The position numbers and the translations under genes are program-made. The notes below the pieces were generated by a model. The model saw only the letters and a list, made by a program, of their open reading frames with translations. It did no database searches and had not been told where the DNA came from. Below are positions 40,861 to 56,200 of a stretch of DNA of 64,000 nt, in pieces (the first letter of the stretch is position 1; each line of letters begins with the position of its first letter). The stretch comes from the human T2T-CHM13v2.0 reference genome, Homo sapiens: assembly GCF_009914755.1 (NCBI RefSeq), contig NC_060944.1, one strand, 5' to 3'.

Positions 40861-43689
40861 GAATGGAATCAACCCGAGTGGAACGGAATGCAAAGGAACG
40901 GAATAGAGTGGAATGGAATTGAATGGAAAGGAACTGAATGGAATGGAATGGAACAGAGTGGAAAGAATGGCATGAAATGGAATGGAATCAATGCGAGTGT
41001 AATGGAATGGAATGGAATGGAATGGAGGGGAATGGAATGGAATGAAAAGGAATGGAATCAATGCAAGTGAAATGGAATGGAATGGAATGGTGTGGAATCA
41101 ACTGGAATGTAATGGAATGGAACAGAATGGAATGGAATTGAATGGAATGGAATCCACGAGAATGGAAAGGAATGGAATAGAATGGAATCCAATCAACCCG
41201 TGTGGAATGTAATGCAAAGGAATGGAATGGGATCAACAAAAGTGTAATGGAAGGGAATGGAATAGTATGGAATGGAAAGCAATGCAGTCAACACCAATGG
41301 AATCGAATGGAGTGGAATCTAATGGAATGGAATGGAATGGAATGGAATGGAATGGAATGGAATGGAATGGATTCAAACCGAGGGGAGTGGAATGGAATTG
41401 AATGTAATGGAATGGAATAAATTGGAATGGAAAGAATGGAATGGAACGGAATGGAATCAACCAGAGTGGAATGGAATGGAATGGAATGGAATGGAATGGA
41501 ATGGAATGGAATGGAATGGAATCAACCCGAGTGGAATGGAATGGAATGGAATTGAATGGAATTAACCCGACTGAAATGGAATGGAAAGGAACGGAATGGA
41601 ATTTAATGGAATGGAATTGAATGGAATGGAATGCAAAGGAACGGAAAAGAATGGAATGGAATGGAATTGAATGGAGTCAATGCAAGTGTAATTGAATGGA
41701 ATGGAATGGAATGGAATGGAATGGAATGGAATGGAATGGAATGGAGAGGAATGGAATGGAATTGATTTGAATGGAATGGAATCAACTGGAATGGAATGCA
41801 ATGGAATGGAATGGAATGGAATGGAATCAAATAGAATAGAAACGAATGGAATGGAATGGAATGCAGTGGAATGGAGTGGAATGGAATCAACCCGTGTGGA
41901 ATGTAAGGCAAGGGAATGGAATGGAATGGAATGGAATCAACAAAATTGGAAGGGAAGGGAATGGAATAGAATGGAATGGAATGGAATGGAATCTACAAAA
42001 GTGGAATGGAATGGAATGGAATACAATGGAAAGGAATGGAATGGAATGGAATGGAATAAACCGGAGTGGAATGGAATGGAATGGAATGCAATGGATTCGA
42101 TTGGAAATTAATTAACCCGATTGGAATGGAGTGGAATTGAATGGAATGGAAAGAAGCCGATTGGAATGCAGTGGACTGAAAAGGAATGGAATTGAAAGGG
42201 ATGGAATGGAATGGAATGGAATGCAATGGAATGGAATGGAATGGAATGGAATCAACCCGAGTGGAATGGAATAGAATGGAATGGAATGCAATCAACCCAA
42301 GTGGAATGGAATGGAGTGGAATGGAATCGAATGGAATGGATTGGAATGGAATGGAATCGAATGCAATGGAATGGAATAGCATGGAAAGTAATGGAATGCA
42401 ATGGAAAGGAATCAAGCCAGGTGGAATCGAAAGGAATGGAATGGAATTGAATGCAATGGAATTGAATGGAATCAACCCGAGTGGAATGTAATGGCATGGA
42501 ATGGAGTGGAATGGAATGGAAAGGAATGGAATGGATTCAACGCGATTGGAAAGGAATGGAATGGAATGGAATGGAATCAACCCGAGTGGAATGGAGTGCA
42601 ACGGAATGGAATGAAATGGAATGGAATGGAATGGAATGGAATGGAATGGAATGGAATGGAATAGAATGGAATGGAATCAACGTGATTGTAAAGGAATGAA
42701 ATGAAATGGAATGGAATGGAATGCAATTGAATCAACTCGATTGGAAAGGAATGGTTGCAATGGAAATGAAAGGAATGGAATGGAATGAAATCAACCCAAA
42801 TGGAATGGAATGGAATGGAATGGAATTTAATGGAATGGAATGGAATGGAATGGAATCACCCAGAGTATAATTGAATGGAATGGAATGGAATGGAATGGAA
42901 TGGAATGGAATGGAATGGAAGGGAATGGAATGGAATGGATTCAAACCAAATGGAATTGAATGGAATGGATTGGAATGCAATGGAATTGAATGGAATAAAC
43001 TGAAGTGGAATGGTATAGAATGGAATGGAATGGATTGGAATGCAATGGAATGGGAAGGAATGGAATCAACTAGAATGGAAAGGAATGGAATGGAATGGAA
43101 TGCAGTGGAATGGAATAGAATGGAATCAACCCCTGTGGAATGTAATGCAAAGGAATGGAAAGGAATGGAATGGAATAAACAAAAGTGCAATGGAAGGGAA
43201 TGGAGTAGAATGGAATGGAATGGAATGGAAAGCAATGGAGTCAACCCGAATGGAATCGAATGGAATGGAATGCAATGGAATGGAATGGAATGGAAAGGAA
43301 TGGAATGGAATGGAATGAAACCGAGTGGAGTGGAATGGAATTGAATGAAATGGAATGGAATAAACTGCAAATGAAAGGAATGGAATGGAATGTAATGGAA
43401 ACAACCAGAGTGGAATGGAATTGAATGGAATGGAATGGAATGGAATCAACCCGAGTGGAATGGAATTGAATCGAATGGAATGGAATGGAATCAACCAGAG
43501 TGGAATGGAATTGAATGGAATGGAATGGAATTAACCCGAGTGAAATGGAATGGAAAGGAATGGAATGGAATTTAATGGAATGGAATTGAATGGAATCAAC
43601 CTGAGTGGACTGAAATGAAATGGAGTGGAATGGAAAGCAATGGAATTGAATGGAATCACCCAGAGTTGAATGGAATTGAATGGAATGGA

Positions 43690-46600
43690 ATCAACCCAAA
43701 TGGAATGTAATGAAATGGAATTGAATGGAATTACCCCGAGTGAAATGGCATGGAAAGGAACGGAATAGAATTTAATGGAATGGAATGGCATGCAATGGAA
43801 TCAACCCGATTGGAATGGAATGGCATGAAATGGAATGCAATGCAATGGAATGGAACCAATAAGAGTGAAATGGATTGGAATGAAATGGAATGGAATGAAA
43901 GGGAATGGAAACAACCCGAGTGGAATGGAATGGAATGGAATGGAATGCAACGGAATGGAATGGAATGCAATGGAATGGAATGGAATACACCAGAGTGGAA
44001 TGGAATAGAATGGAATGCAATGGAGTGGAATCAACCCCAGTGGAATGGAATGGAATGGAATGGAATGGAATGGAATGGAATGGAATGCAATGGAATGGAA
44101 TGGAATGGATTGGAATCAAACCGAGTGTAATGGAATGGAATGGAAAGGAATGGAATGGAATGAAATCAACCCGAGTGGAATGGAATGGAATGGAATGGAA
44201 TGGGATGGAATAGAATGAAATGACATGGATTGGAATCAATCTGAGTGGAATGGAAAGGAATAGAAAGGAATGGAATTGAAGAGAATGGAATGGAATGGAA
44301 TGGAATGGAACGGAATTTAAAGGAATCAACCAGAATGGAATTGACTGTAACGGACGGGAATGGAATGGAATGGAATGGAATGGAATGGAATGGAATGGAA
44401 TGCAATGGAATGGAGAGGAATGGATTGGAGTGGAATGGAATGGAATGGAATGGAATGGAATGGAATGGAATGGTATCAATACAAGGGTAATTGAATGGAA
44501 TGGAATGGAATGGAATGGAATGGAATGGAATGGAATGGAATGTAGAGGAATGTAATGGAATTGATTTGAATGCAATGGAATCACCTGAAATCGAATGGAA
44601 TGGAATGGAATCAACTAGAATGGAAAGGAATGGAATGGAATGGAATGCAGTTGAATGGAATGGAATGGAATCAACCCGTATAGAATGTAATGCAAAGGAA
44701 TAGAATGGAATGGAATGGAATGGAATCATCAAAAGTGGAAAGGAAGGGAATGGAGTAGAATGGAATTGAATGGAATGGAATGGAAAGCAATGGAGTCAAC
44801 CCGAATGGAATCGAATGTAATGAAATGCAACGGAATGGAATGGAATGCAATGGAATGGAATGGAATGGAATGGAATGGAATGGCATGGAATGGAATGGAA
44901 TGCAATGGAATGGAATGGAATGGAATGGAATGGAATAGGATGGAATGGAATGGAATCAGCCAGAGTGGAATAGAATTGAATGGAATGGAATGGAATGGAA
45001 TCAACCAGAGTGGAATAGAATTGAATGGAATGCAATGGAATGGAATCAACCCGAGTGGAATGGAATTGAATCGAATGGAATGGAATGGAATGGAATGGAA
45101 TGGAATGGAATCAACCAGAGTGTAATGGAATTGAATGGAATGGAATGGCATGGAATCAACCCGAGTGGAATGGAATTAAATGGAATGGAATGGAATGGAA
45201 TCAACCCGAGTGGAATGGAATGGAATGGAATAGAATGGAATGGAATGGAATGGAATGGAATGGAATGGAATGGAATTAACCAGAGTCAAATGGAATGGAA
45301 AGGAACGGAATGGAATTTAATGGAATGGAATGGAATGGAATTAACCTGAGTGGACTGGAATGAAATGGAGTGGAATGGAAAGCAAAGGATTTGAATTTAA
45401 TCAGCCAGAGTTGAATGAAATTGAACGGAATGGAATGGAATGGAATCAACCCAAATGGAATGTAATGGAATGGAATTGAATGGAATTGCCCCGAGTGAAA
45501 TGGCATGGAAAGGAACGGAATAGAAATTAATGGAATGAAATGGAATGGAATGGAATCAACATGAGTGGAATGGAATGGAATGAAATGGAATGCAATGCAA
45601 TGGAATGGAACCAATAAGACTGGAATCGAATGGAATGAAAGGGAATGGAATCAACTCACGTGGATTGGAATGGAATGGAATGGAATGGAATGGAATGGAA
45701 TGGAATGGAATATACCAGAGTGGAATGGAATACAATGGAATGGAAGGGAGTGGAATCAACAACAGTGGAATGGAATGGAATGGAATGGAATGGAATGGAA
45801 AAGAATGGAATGGAATGGTATGGAATGGAATGGAATCGATTGGAAACAAAACGAGTGTAATGGAATGGAATGGAAAGGAATGGAATGGAATGAAATCAAC
45901 CCGAGTGAAATGGAATGGAATGGAATGGGATGGAATAGAATGCAATGGACTGGATTGGAATCAATCTGAGTGGAATGGAAAGGAATGCAAAGGAATGGGA
46001 TTGAAGGGAATGTAATGGAATGGAATGGAATGGAATGGAATGGAATGGAATAAACCCGAGTAGAATGCAATGGAAGGGAATGGAATCGAATGTAATGGAA
46101 TGGCATTGAATGGAATCAACACGAGTGGAATGGAATGGAATGGAATGGATTGGAGTGGCACGGAATCAACCCCAGTGGAATGTAATGTAAAGGAATGGAA
46201 TGGAATGGAGTAGAATGAACCCGAGTCGAATGGAATGGTATGGAATGAAACGGAATGGAATGGAATGGTATGGAATGGAATGGAATGGTATTGAACGGAA
46301 TGGAATGGAATGGAATAGAATCCAATCCAGTGTAAAGGAATGGAACGGAATGGAATGGAATGGAATGGAATGGACTGGAATGGAATGGAAAAGAATGGAC
46401 TGGAATGGAATAAATTGCAGTGGAATGGTATGGAATGCAAAGTAATATAATGAAAATGAGTGGAATCCACCAAAATGCAAAGGAAAGGAATGGAATGGAA
46501 TGGAATGAATGGAATGGATTGGAAAGGAATCAACCCGAGTGGAAAGGAATGGAATGGAATGGAATGGAATGGAATGGAATGGAATGGAATGGAATGGAAA

Positions 46601-49600
46601 GGAATGGAATGGAATGGATTGGAATGGAATCACCCCGTGTGGAATGGAAAGAATGGAATGCAATGGAAAGCAATGGCATGGAATGGAATGGAAAGGAATG
46701 GAATGGAATGGAATGGAGTGGAATGGAATCAACCCGGGTGGAATGTAATGGAATGAAATGGAATGGAATGGAATGGAATGAAATGGATTGGAATCAACCT
46801 GCGTGGAATGTAGTGCATTCGAATTGAATGGAATCAACAAGATAGGAATAGAATGAAATGGAATGGAATTCAATGGAATGGAATGGAATGGAATGCAATG
46901 GAATCAACCCAAATGGAATGTAATGAAATGGAATTGAATGGAATTACCCCGAGTGAACTGGCAGGGAAAGGAACGGAATAGAATTTAATGGAATGGAATG
47001 GCATGCAATGGAATCAACACGAGTGCAATGGAATGCCATGAAATGGAATGCAATGCAATGGAATGGAACCAATAAGAGGGGAATGGATTGGAATGGAGTG
47101 GAATGGAATGAAAGGGAATGGAATCAACCCGAGTGGAATGGAATGGAATGGAATGGAATGGAATGGAATGGAATGGAAAGGAATGGAATGGAATGGAATG
47201 GAATGCAATGGAATGGAATACACCATAGTGGAATGGAATAGAATGGAATGGAATGGAGTGGAATCAACCCCATTGGAATGGAATGGAATGGAATTGAAAG
47301 GAATGGAATGGAATGGGATGGAATGGGTTGGAATCAAACCGAGTGGAATGGAATGGAATGCAATGGAATGGAAAGGAATGGAATGGAATGAAATAAACCC
47401 GAATGGAATGGAATGAAATGGAATGGAATGGAATGGAATGGAATGGAATGGAATGGAATGGAATAGAATGGAATGGAGTGGACTGGAATCAATCTGAGTG
47501 GAATGGAAAGGAATGGAAAGGAATGGAATTGAACAGAATTGAATGGAATGGAAAGGAATGGAATGGAATGGAATGGAATGGAATGGAATGGAATGCAATG
47601 CAATGCAATGGAATCAACCAGAGTGGAATTGAGTGTAATGGATCGAAATGGAATGGAATGGAATGGAATGGAATAAACCTGAGTAGAATGCAATGGTAGG
47701 GAATGGAATCGAATGGAATGGAATGGCATTGAATGGAATCAACACGAGTGGAATGGAATGGAATGGATTGGATTGGAAAGTTATGGAATCAACCCGAATG
47801 GAATGTAATGGAAAGGAATGGAATGGAATGCACTGTAATTAACCCGAGTGGAATGGAATGGTATGGAGTGAAATGGAACGGAATGGAATGGTATGGAATG
47901 GAATGGAATGAAAAGGAAAGGAAAGCAATGGAATCAAAACGAGTGGAATGGAATGGAATGTAAAGAAATGAAGTGGAATTCAATAGAATCAACACGAGTG
48001 GAATGAAATGGAAAGGAATTTAACGGAATGGAATGGAATGGAATGGAATCCAATCCAATGTAAAGGAATGGAATGGAACGGAATAGAATGGAATGGAATG
48101 GAATGGAATGGAAAAAATTCGAGTGGAATGGAATGGAATGCAAAGTAATATAATGAAAATGAATGGAATCCACCCGAATGGAAAGGAAAGGAATGGAATG
48201 GAATGGAATGGAATGGAATGGAATGGAATGGTATGGAGAGGAATGGAATTTAATGGAATGGAGAGGAATGGAATGGAATTGAATGGAATGGAATGCAAAG
48301 GAACGGAAAGGAATGGAATGGAATGGAATTGAATGGAGTCAACGCAAGTGTAATTGAATGGAATGGAATGGAATGGAATGGAATGGAATGGAATGGAATG
48401 GAGATGAATGGAATGGAATTGATTTGAATGGAATGGAATCAAATAGAATAGAAACGAATGGAATGGAATGGAATGCAGTGGAATGGAATGGAATGGAATC
48501 AACCCGTGTGGAATGTAAGGCAAAGGAATGGAATGGAATGGAATGGAATCAACAAAATTTGAAGGGAAGGGAATGGAATAGAATGGAATGGAATGGAATG
48601 GAATCTACAAAAGTGGAATGGAATGGAATGGAATACAATGGAATGGAATGGAATGGAATGGAATAAACCGGAGTGGAATGGAATGGAATGGAAGGCAATG
48701 GATTCGATTGGAACTTAATTAACCCGATTGGAATGGAGTGGAATGGAATGGAATGGAAAGAAGCCGATTGGAATGCAGTGGACTGAAAAGGAATGGAATT
48801 GAAAGGGATGGAATGGAATGGAATGGAACGCAATGGAATGGAGTGGAATGGAATGGAATCAACCCGAGTGGAATGGAATAGAATGGAATGGAATGCAATC
48901 AACCCAAGTGGAATGGAAAGGAGTGGAATGGAATCGAATGGAATGGATTGGAATGGAATGGAATCGAATGCAATCGAATGGAATAGCATGGAAAGTAATG
49001 GAATGCAATGGAAAGGAATCAAGCCAGGTGGAATCGAAAGGAATGGAATGGAATTGAATGCAATGGAATTGAATGGAATCAAGCCGAGTGGAATGTAATG
49101 GCATGGAATGGAGTGGAATGGAATGGAAAGGAATGGAATGGATTCAACGCGATTGGAAAGGAATGGAATGGAATGGAATGGAATCAACCCGACTGGAATG
49201 GAGTGCAATGGAATGGAATGAAATGGAATGGAATGGAATGGAATGGAATGGAATGGAATGGAATGGAATCAACGTGATTGTAAAGGAATGAAATGAAATG
49301 GAATGGAATGGAATGCAATTGAATCAACCCGATTGGAAAGGAATGGTTGGAATGGAAATGAAAGGAATGCAATGGAATGAAATCAACCCGAATGGAATGG
49401 AATGGAATGGAATGGAATGGAATGGAATGGAATGGAATGGAATGGAATCACCCAGAGTATAATTGAATGGAATGGAATGGAAGGGAATGGAATGGAATGG
49501 AATGGAATGGAATGGAATGGAATCCAATCCAATGTAAAGGAATGGAATGGAACGGAATAGAATGGAATGGAATGGAATGGAATGGAATGGAATGGACTGG

Positions 49601-52600
49601 AATGGAAAAAATTCGAGTGGAATGGAATGGAATGCAATGTAATATAATGAAAATGAATGGAATCCACCCGAATGGAAAGGAAAGGAAAGGAATGGAATGG
49701 AATGGAATGGAATGGAATGGAATGGAATGGAATGGTATGGAGAGGAATGGAATTTAATGGAATGGAGAGGAATGGAATGGAATTGATTTGAATGGAATGG
49801 AATCAACTGGAATGGAATGGAATGGAATGGAATGGAATGGAATGGAATCAACTAGAATGGAAAGGAATGGAATGGAATGGAATGCAGTGGAATGGAATGG
49901 AATGGAATCAACCCGTGTGGAATGTAATGCAAAGGAATGGAATGGAATGGAATGGAATCAACAAAAGTGTAATGGAAGGGAATGGAATCGAATGGAATGG
50001 AATGGAATGGGAAACAATGGAGTCAACCCGAATGGAATCGAATGGAATGGAATGCAATGGAATGGAATGGTATAGAATGGAATGGGATGGAATGGAATCA
50101 AACCGAGTGGAGTGGAAGGGAATTGAATGAAATGGAATGGAATAAATTGGAATGGAAAAGAATGGAATGGAATGGAATGGGATGGAAAGGAATGGAATGG
50201 AATCAACCAGAGTGGAATGGAATGGAATGGAATGGAATGGAATGGAATCGGATAGAATGGAATCAAACCGAGTGGAGTGGAATGGAATTAAATGTAATGG
50301 AATGGAATAAATTAGAATGGAAAGGAATGGAATGGATTGGAGTGCAATCAACCACAGTGCAATGGAATTGAATGGAATGAAATGGAATGGAATCAACCCG
50401 AGTGGAATGGAATTGAATGGAATGGAATGGAATGGAATCAACCTGAGTGGAATGGAATTGAATGGAATGGAATGGAATTAACAGGAGTGAAATGGAATGG
50501 AAAGGAACGGAATGGAATTTAATGGAATGGAATGGAATGGAATCAACCTGAGTGGACTGGAATGAAATGGAGTGGAATGGAAAGCAATGGAATTGAATGG
50601 AATCAACCAGAGTTGAATGGAATTGAATGGAATGGAATGAAATGGAATCAACCCAAATGGAATGTAATGAAATGTAATTTAATGGAATTACCCCGAGTGA
50701 AATGGCATGGAAAGGAAAGGAATAAAATTTAATGGAATGGAATGGCATGCAATGGAATCAACCCCAGTGGAATGGAATGGCATGAAATGGAATGCAATGC
50801 AATGGAATGGAACCATTAAGAGTGGAATGGATTGGAATGGAATGGAATGGAATGAAAGGGAATGGAATCAACCCGAGAGGAATGGAATGGAATGGAATGC
50901 AATGGAATGGAATGGAATGCAATGGATTGGAATGGAATACACCAGAGTGGAATGGAATAGAATGGAATGGAATGGAGTGGAATCAACCCCAGTGGAATGG
51001 AATTGAATGGAATGGAATGGAATGGAATGGAATGGAATGGAATGCAATGGAATGGATTGGAATCAAACCGAGTGTAATGGAATGGAATGGAATGGAAAGG
51101 AATGGAATGGAATGAAATCAACCCGAGTGGAATGGAATGGAATGGAATGGAATGGAATGGGAAGGAATGGAATAGAATGGAATGGAAAGGAATGGATTGG
51201 AGTGGAATGGAATGGAATAGAATGGAATGGAATGGAATGGTATCAATGCAAGTGTAATTGAATGGAATGGAATGGAATGCAATGGAGCGGAATGGAATGG
51301 AATTGATTTGAATGCAATGGAATCACCTGGAATCGAATGGAATGGAATGGAATCAAATAGAATGGAAAGGAATGGAATGGAATGGACTGCAGTTGAATGG
51401 AATGGAATGGAATCAACCTGTGTGGAATGTAATGCAAAGGAATGGAATGGAACGGAATGGAATGGAATCAACAAAAGTGGAATGGAAGGGAATGGAATAG
51501 AATGGAATGGAATGGAATGGAATTGAAAGCAAAGGAGTCAACCTGAATGGAATTGAATGGAATGGAATGCAATGGAATGGAATGGAATGCAGTGGAATGG
51601 AATGGAATGGAATGGAATGGAATGGAATGGAATGGAACGGAATGGAATGGAATGGGATGGAATGGAATGGAATCAACCAGAGTGGAATAGAATTGAATGG
51701 AACGGAATTGAATGGAATCAACCCTAGTGGAATGGAATGGAATGGAAAGGAATGGAATCAACCAGAGTGGAATGGAATTGAATGGAATGGAATGGAATGG
51801 AATCAACCCGAGTGGAATGGAATGGAATGGAAAGGAATGGAATGGAATGGAATTAACCCGAGTGAAATGGAATGGAAAAGAACGGAATGGAATTTAATGG
51901 AATGGAATGGAATGGAATCAACCTGAGTGGACTGGAATGAAATGGGGTGGAATGGAAAGCAATGGATTTCAATGGAATCTGCCAGAGTTGAATGGAATTG
52001 AACGGAATGGAATGGAATGGAATCAATCCAAATGGAATGTAATGGAATGGAATAGAATGGAATTCCCCCGAGTGAAATGGCATGGAAAGGAACGGAATAG
52101 AAATTAATGGAATGAAATGGAATGGAACGGAATCAACATGACTGGAATGGAATGGAATGAAATGGAATGCAATGCAATGGACTGCAACCAATAAGAGTGG
52201 AATGGATTGGAGTGGAATGGATTGGAATGAAAGGGAATGGAATCAACCCGAGAGGAATGGAATGGAATGGAATGGAATGGAATGGAATACACCAGAGTGG
52301 AATGGAATAGAATGGAATGGAATGGAGTGGAATCAACCACAGTGGAATGGATTGGAATGGAATGGATTGGAATCAAACCGAGTGTAATGGAATGGAATGG
52401 AAAGGAATGGAATAGAATGAAATCAACCCGAGTGAAATGGAATGGATTGGAATGGGATGGAATAGAATGGAATGGAGTGGATTGGAATCAATCTGAGTGG
52501 AATGGAAAGGAATGGAAAAGAATGGAATTGAAGGGAATGGAATGGAATGGAATGGAATGGAATGGAATGGAATGGAATGGAATGGAATAAACCCGAGTAA

Positions 52601-53205
52601 AATGCAATGGAAGGGAAAGGAATCCAATGTAATGGAATGGCATTGAATGGAATCAACACAAGTGCAATGGAATGGAATGGAATGGATTGGAGTGGAATGG
52701 AATCAACCCCAGTGGAATGTAATGTAAAGGAATGGAATGGAATGGAGTAGAATGAACCCGAGTAGAATGGAATGGTATGGAATGAAACGGAATGGAATGG
52801 AATGGTATGGAATGGAATGGAATGGTATTGAACGGAATGGAATGGAATTGAATAGAATCCAATCCAGTGTAAAGGAATGGAACGGAATGGAATGCAATGG
52901 AATGGAATGGATTGGAATGGAATCACCCCGTGTGTAATGGAAAGAATGGAATGGAATGGAAAGCAATGGCATGGAATGGAATGGAAAGGAATCGAATGGA
53001 ATGGAATGGAATGGAATCAACCCGGGTGGAATGTAATGGAATGAAATGGAATGGAATGGAATGGAATGGAATGGAATGTAATAAAATGGATTGGAATCAA
53101 CCTGCATGGAATGTAGTGCATTCGAATGCAACGGAATCAACACGATAGGAATTGAATGAAATGGAATGGAATTCAATGGAATGGAATGGAATGGAATGGA
53201 ATGGA
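43690..53205 (+). repeat. ~9.5 kb higher-order duplication unit, copy 1
   Basis: Identical or near-identical ORF-track translations recur at offsets 9516-9541 (43731/53247, 44245/53766, 44715/54246, 46116/55657, 46993/56534, 47733/57269, 48793/58324, 49788/59304, 50707/60223). Rare shared motifs include gactgtaacggacggg, gaactggcagggaaag and tggcacggaatc. Confidence 0.93.
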
Positions 53206-56200
53206 ATCAACCCAAATGGAATTTAATGAAATGGAATTGAATGGAATTACCCCGAGTGAAATGGCATGTAAAGGAACGGAATAGAATTTAATGGAATGGA
53301 ATGGCATGCAATGGAATCAACCCGATTGGAATGGAATGGCATGAAATGGAATGCAATGCAATGGAATGGAACCAATAAGAGTGAAATGGATTGGAATGAA
53401 ATGGAATGGAATGAAAGGGAATGGAAACAACCCGAGTGGAATGGAATGGAATGGAATGGAATGCAACGGAATGGAATGGAATGCAATGGAATGGAATGGA
53501 ATACACCAGAGTGGAATGGAATAGAATGGAATGCAATGGAGTGGAATCAACCCCAGTGGAATGGAATGGAATGGAATGGAATGGAATGGAATGGAATGGA
53601 ATGGAATGCAATGGAATGGAATGGAATGGATTGGAATCAAACCGAGTGTAATGGAATGGAATGGAAAGGAATGGAATGGAATGAAATCAACCCGAGTGGA
53701 ATGGAATGGAATGGAATGGAATGGGATGGAATAGAATGAAATGACATGGATTGGAATCAATCTGAGTGGAATGGAAAGGAATAGAAAGGAATGGAATTGA
53801 AGAGAATGGAATGGAATGGAATGGAATGGAACGGAATTTAAAGGAATCAACCAGAATGGAATTGACTGTAACGGACGGGAATGGAATGGAATGGAATGGA
53901 ATGGAATGGAATGGAATGGAATGCAATGGAATGGAGAGGAATGGATTGGAGTGGAATGGAATGGAATGGAATGGAATGGAATGGAATGGAATGGAATGGT
54001 ATCAATACAAGGGTAATTGAATGGAATGGAATGGAATGGAATGGAATGGAATGGAATGGAATGGAATGGAATGTAGAGGAATGTAATGGAATTGATTTGA
54101 ATGCAATGGAATCACCTGAAATCGAATGGAATGGAATGGAATCAACTAGAATGGAAAGGAATGGAATGGAATGGAATGCAGTTGAATGGAATGGAATGGA
54201 ATCAACCCGTATAGAATGTAATGCAAAGGAATAGAATGGAATGGAATGGAATGGAATCATCAAAAGTGGAAAGGAAGGGAATGGAGTAGAATGGAATTGA
54301 ATGGAATGGAATGGAAAGCAATGGAGTCAACCCGAATGGAATCGAATGTAATGAAATGCAACGGAATGGAATGGAATGCAATGGAATGGAATGGAATGGA
54401 ATGGAATGGAATGGAATGGAATGGAATGGAATGCAATGGAATGGAATGGAATGGAATGGAATGGAATAGGATGGAATTGAATGGAATCAACCAGAGTGGA
54501 ATAGAATTGAATGGAATGGAATGGAATGGAATCAACCAGAGTGGAATAGAATTGAATGGAATGCAATGGAATGGAATCAACCCGAGTGGAATGGAATTGA
54601 ATCGAATGGAATGGAATGGAATGGAATGGAATGGAATGGAATCAACCAGAGTGTAATGGAATTGAATGGAATGGAATGGAATGGAATCAACCCGAGTGGA
54701 ATGGAATTAAATGGAATGGAATGGAATGGAATCAACCCGAGTGGAATGGAATGGAATGGAATAGAATGGAATGGAATGGAATGGAATGGAATGGAATGGA
54801 ATGGAATGGAATTAACCAGAGTCAAATGGAATGGAAAGGAACGGAATGGAATTTAATGGAATGGAATGGAATGGAATTAACCTGAGTGGACTGGAATGAA
54901 ATGGAGTGGAATGGAAAGCAAAGGATTTGAATTTAATCAGCCAGAGTTGAATGAAATTGAAAGGAATGGAATGGAATGGAATCAACCCAAATGGAATGTA
55001 ATGGAATGGAATTGAATGGAATTGCCCCGAGTGAAATGGCATGGAAAGGAACGGAATAGAAATTAATGGAATGAAATGGAATGGAATGGAATCAACATGA
55101 GTGGAATGGAATGGAATGAAATGGAATGCAATGCAATGGAATGGAACCAATAAGACTGGAATCGAATGGAATGAAAGGGAATGGAATCAACTCACGTGGA
55201 TTGGAATGGAATGGAATGGAATGGAATGGAATGGAATGGAATGGAATGGAATATACCAGAGTGGAATGGAATACAATGGAATGGAAGGGAGTGGAATCAA
55301 CAACAGTGGAATGGAATGGAATGGAATGGAATGGAATGGAATGGAAAAGAATGGAATGGAATGGTATGGAATGGAATGGAATCGATTGGAAACAAAACGA
55401 GTGTAATGGAATGGAATGGAAAGGAATGGAATGGAATGAAATCAACCCGAGTGAAATGGAATGGAATGGAATGGGATGGAATAGAATGCAATGGACTGGA
55501 TTGGAATCAATCTGAGTGGAATGGAAAGGAATGCAAAGGAATGGGATTGAAGGGAATGTAATGGAATGGAATGGAATGGAATGGAATGGAATAAACCCGA
55601 GTAGAATGCAATGGAAGGGAATGGAATCGAATGTAATGGAATGGCATTGAATGGAATCAACACGAGTGGAATGGAATGGAATGGAATGGATTGGAGTGGC
55701 ACGGAATCAACCCCAGTGGAATGTAATGTAAAGGAATGGAATGGAATGGAGTAGAATGAACCCGAGTCGAATGGAATGGTATGGAATGAAACGGAATGGA
55801 ATGGAATGGTATGGAATGGAATGGAATGGTATTGAACGGAATGGAATGGAATGGAATAGAATCCAATCCAGTGTAAAGGAATGGAACGGAATGGAATGGA
55901 ATGGAATGGAATGGACTGGAATGGAATGGAAAAGAATGGACTGGAATGGAATAAATTGCAGTGGAATGGTATGGAATGCAAAGTAATATAATGAAAATGA
56001 GTGGAATCCACCAAAATGCAAAGGAAAGGAATGGAATGGAATGGAATGAATGGAATGGATTGGAAAGGAATCAACCCGAGTGGAAAGGAATGGAATGGAA
56101 TGGAATGGAATGGAATGGAATGGAATGGAATGGAATGGAAAGGAATGGAATGGAATGGATTGGAATGGAATCACCCCGTGTGGAATGGAAAGAATGGAAT

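Noticed and set aside
44720-44740. gaatcatcaaaag, resembling HSat2 (also at ~54255)
   Set aside because: It is an isolated substitution variant of gaatcaacaaaag. There are no HSat2 23/26-bp units around it.
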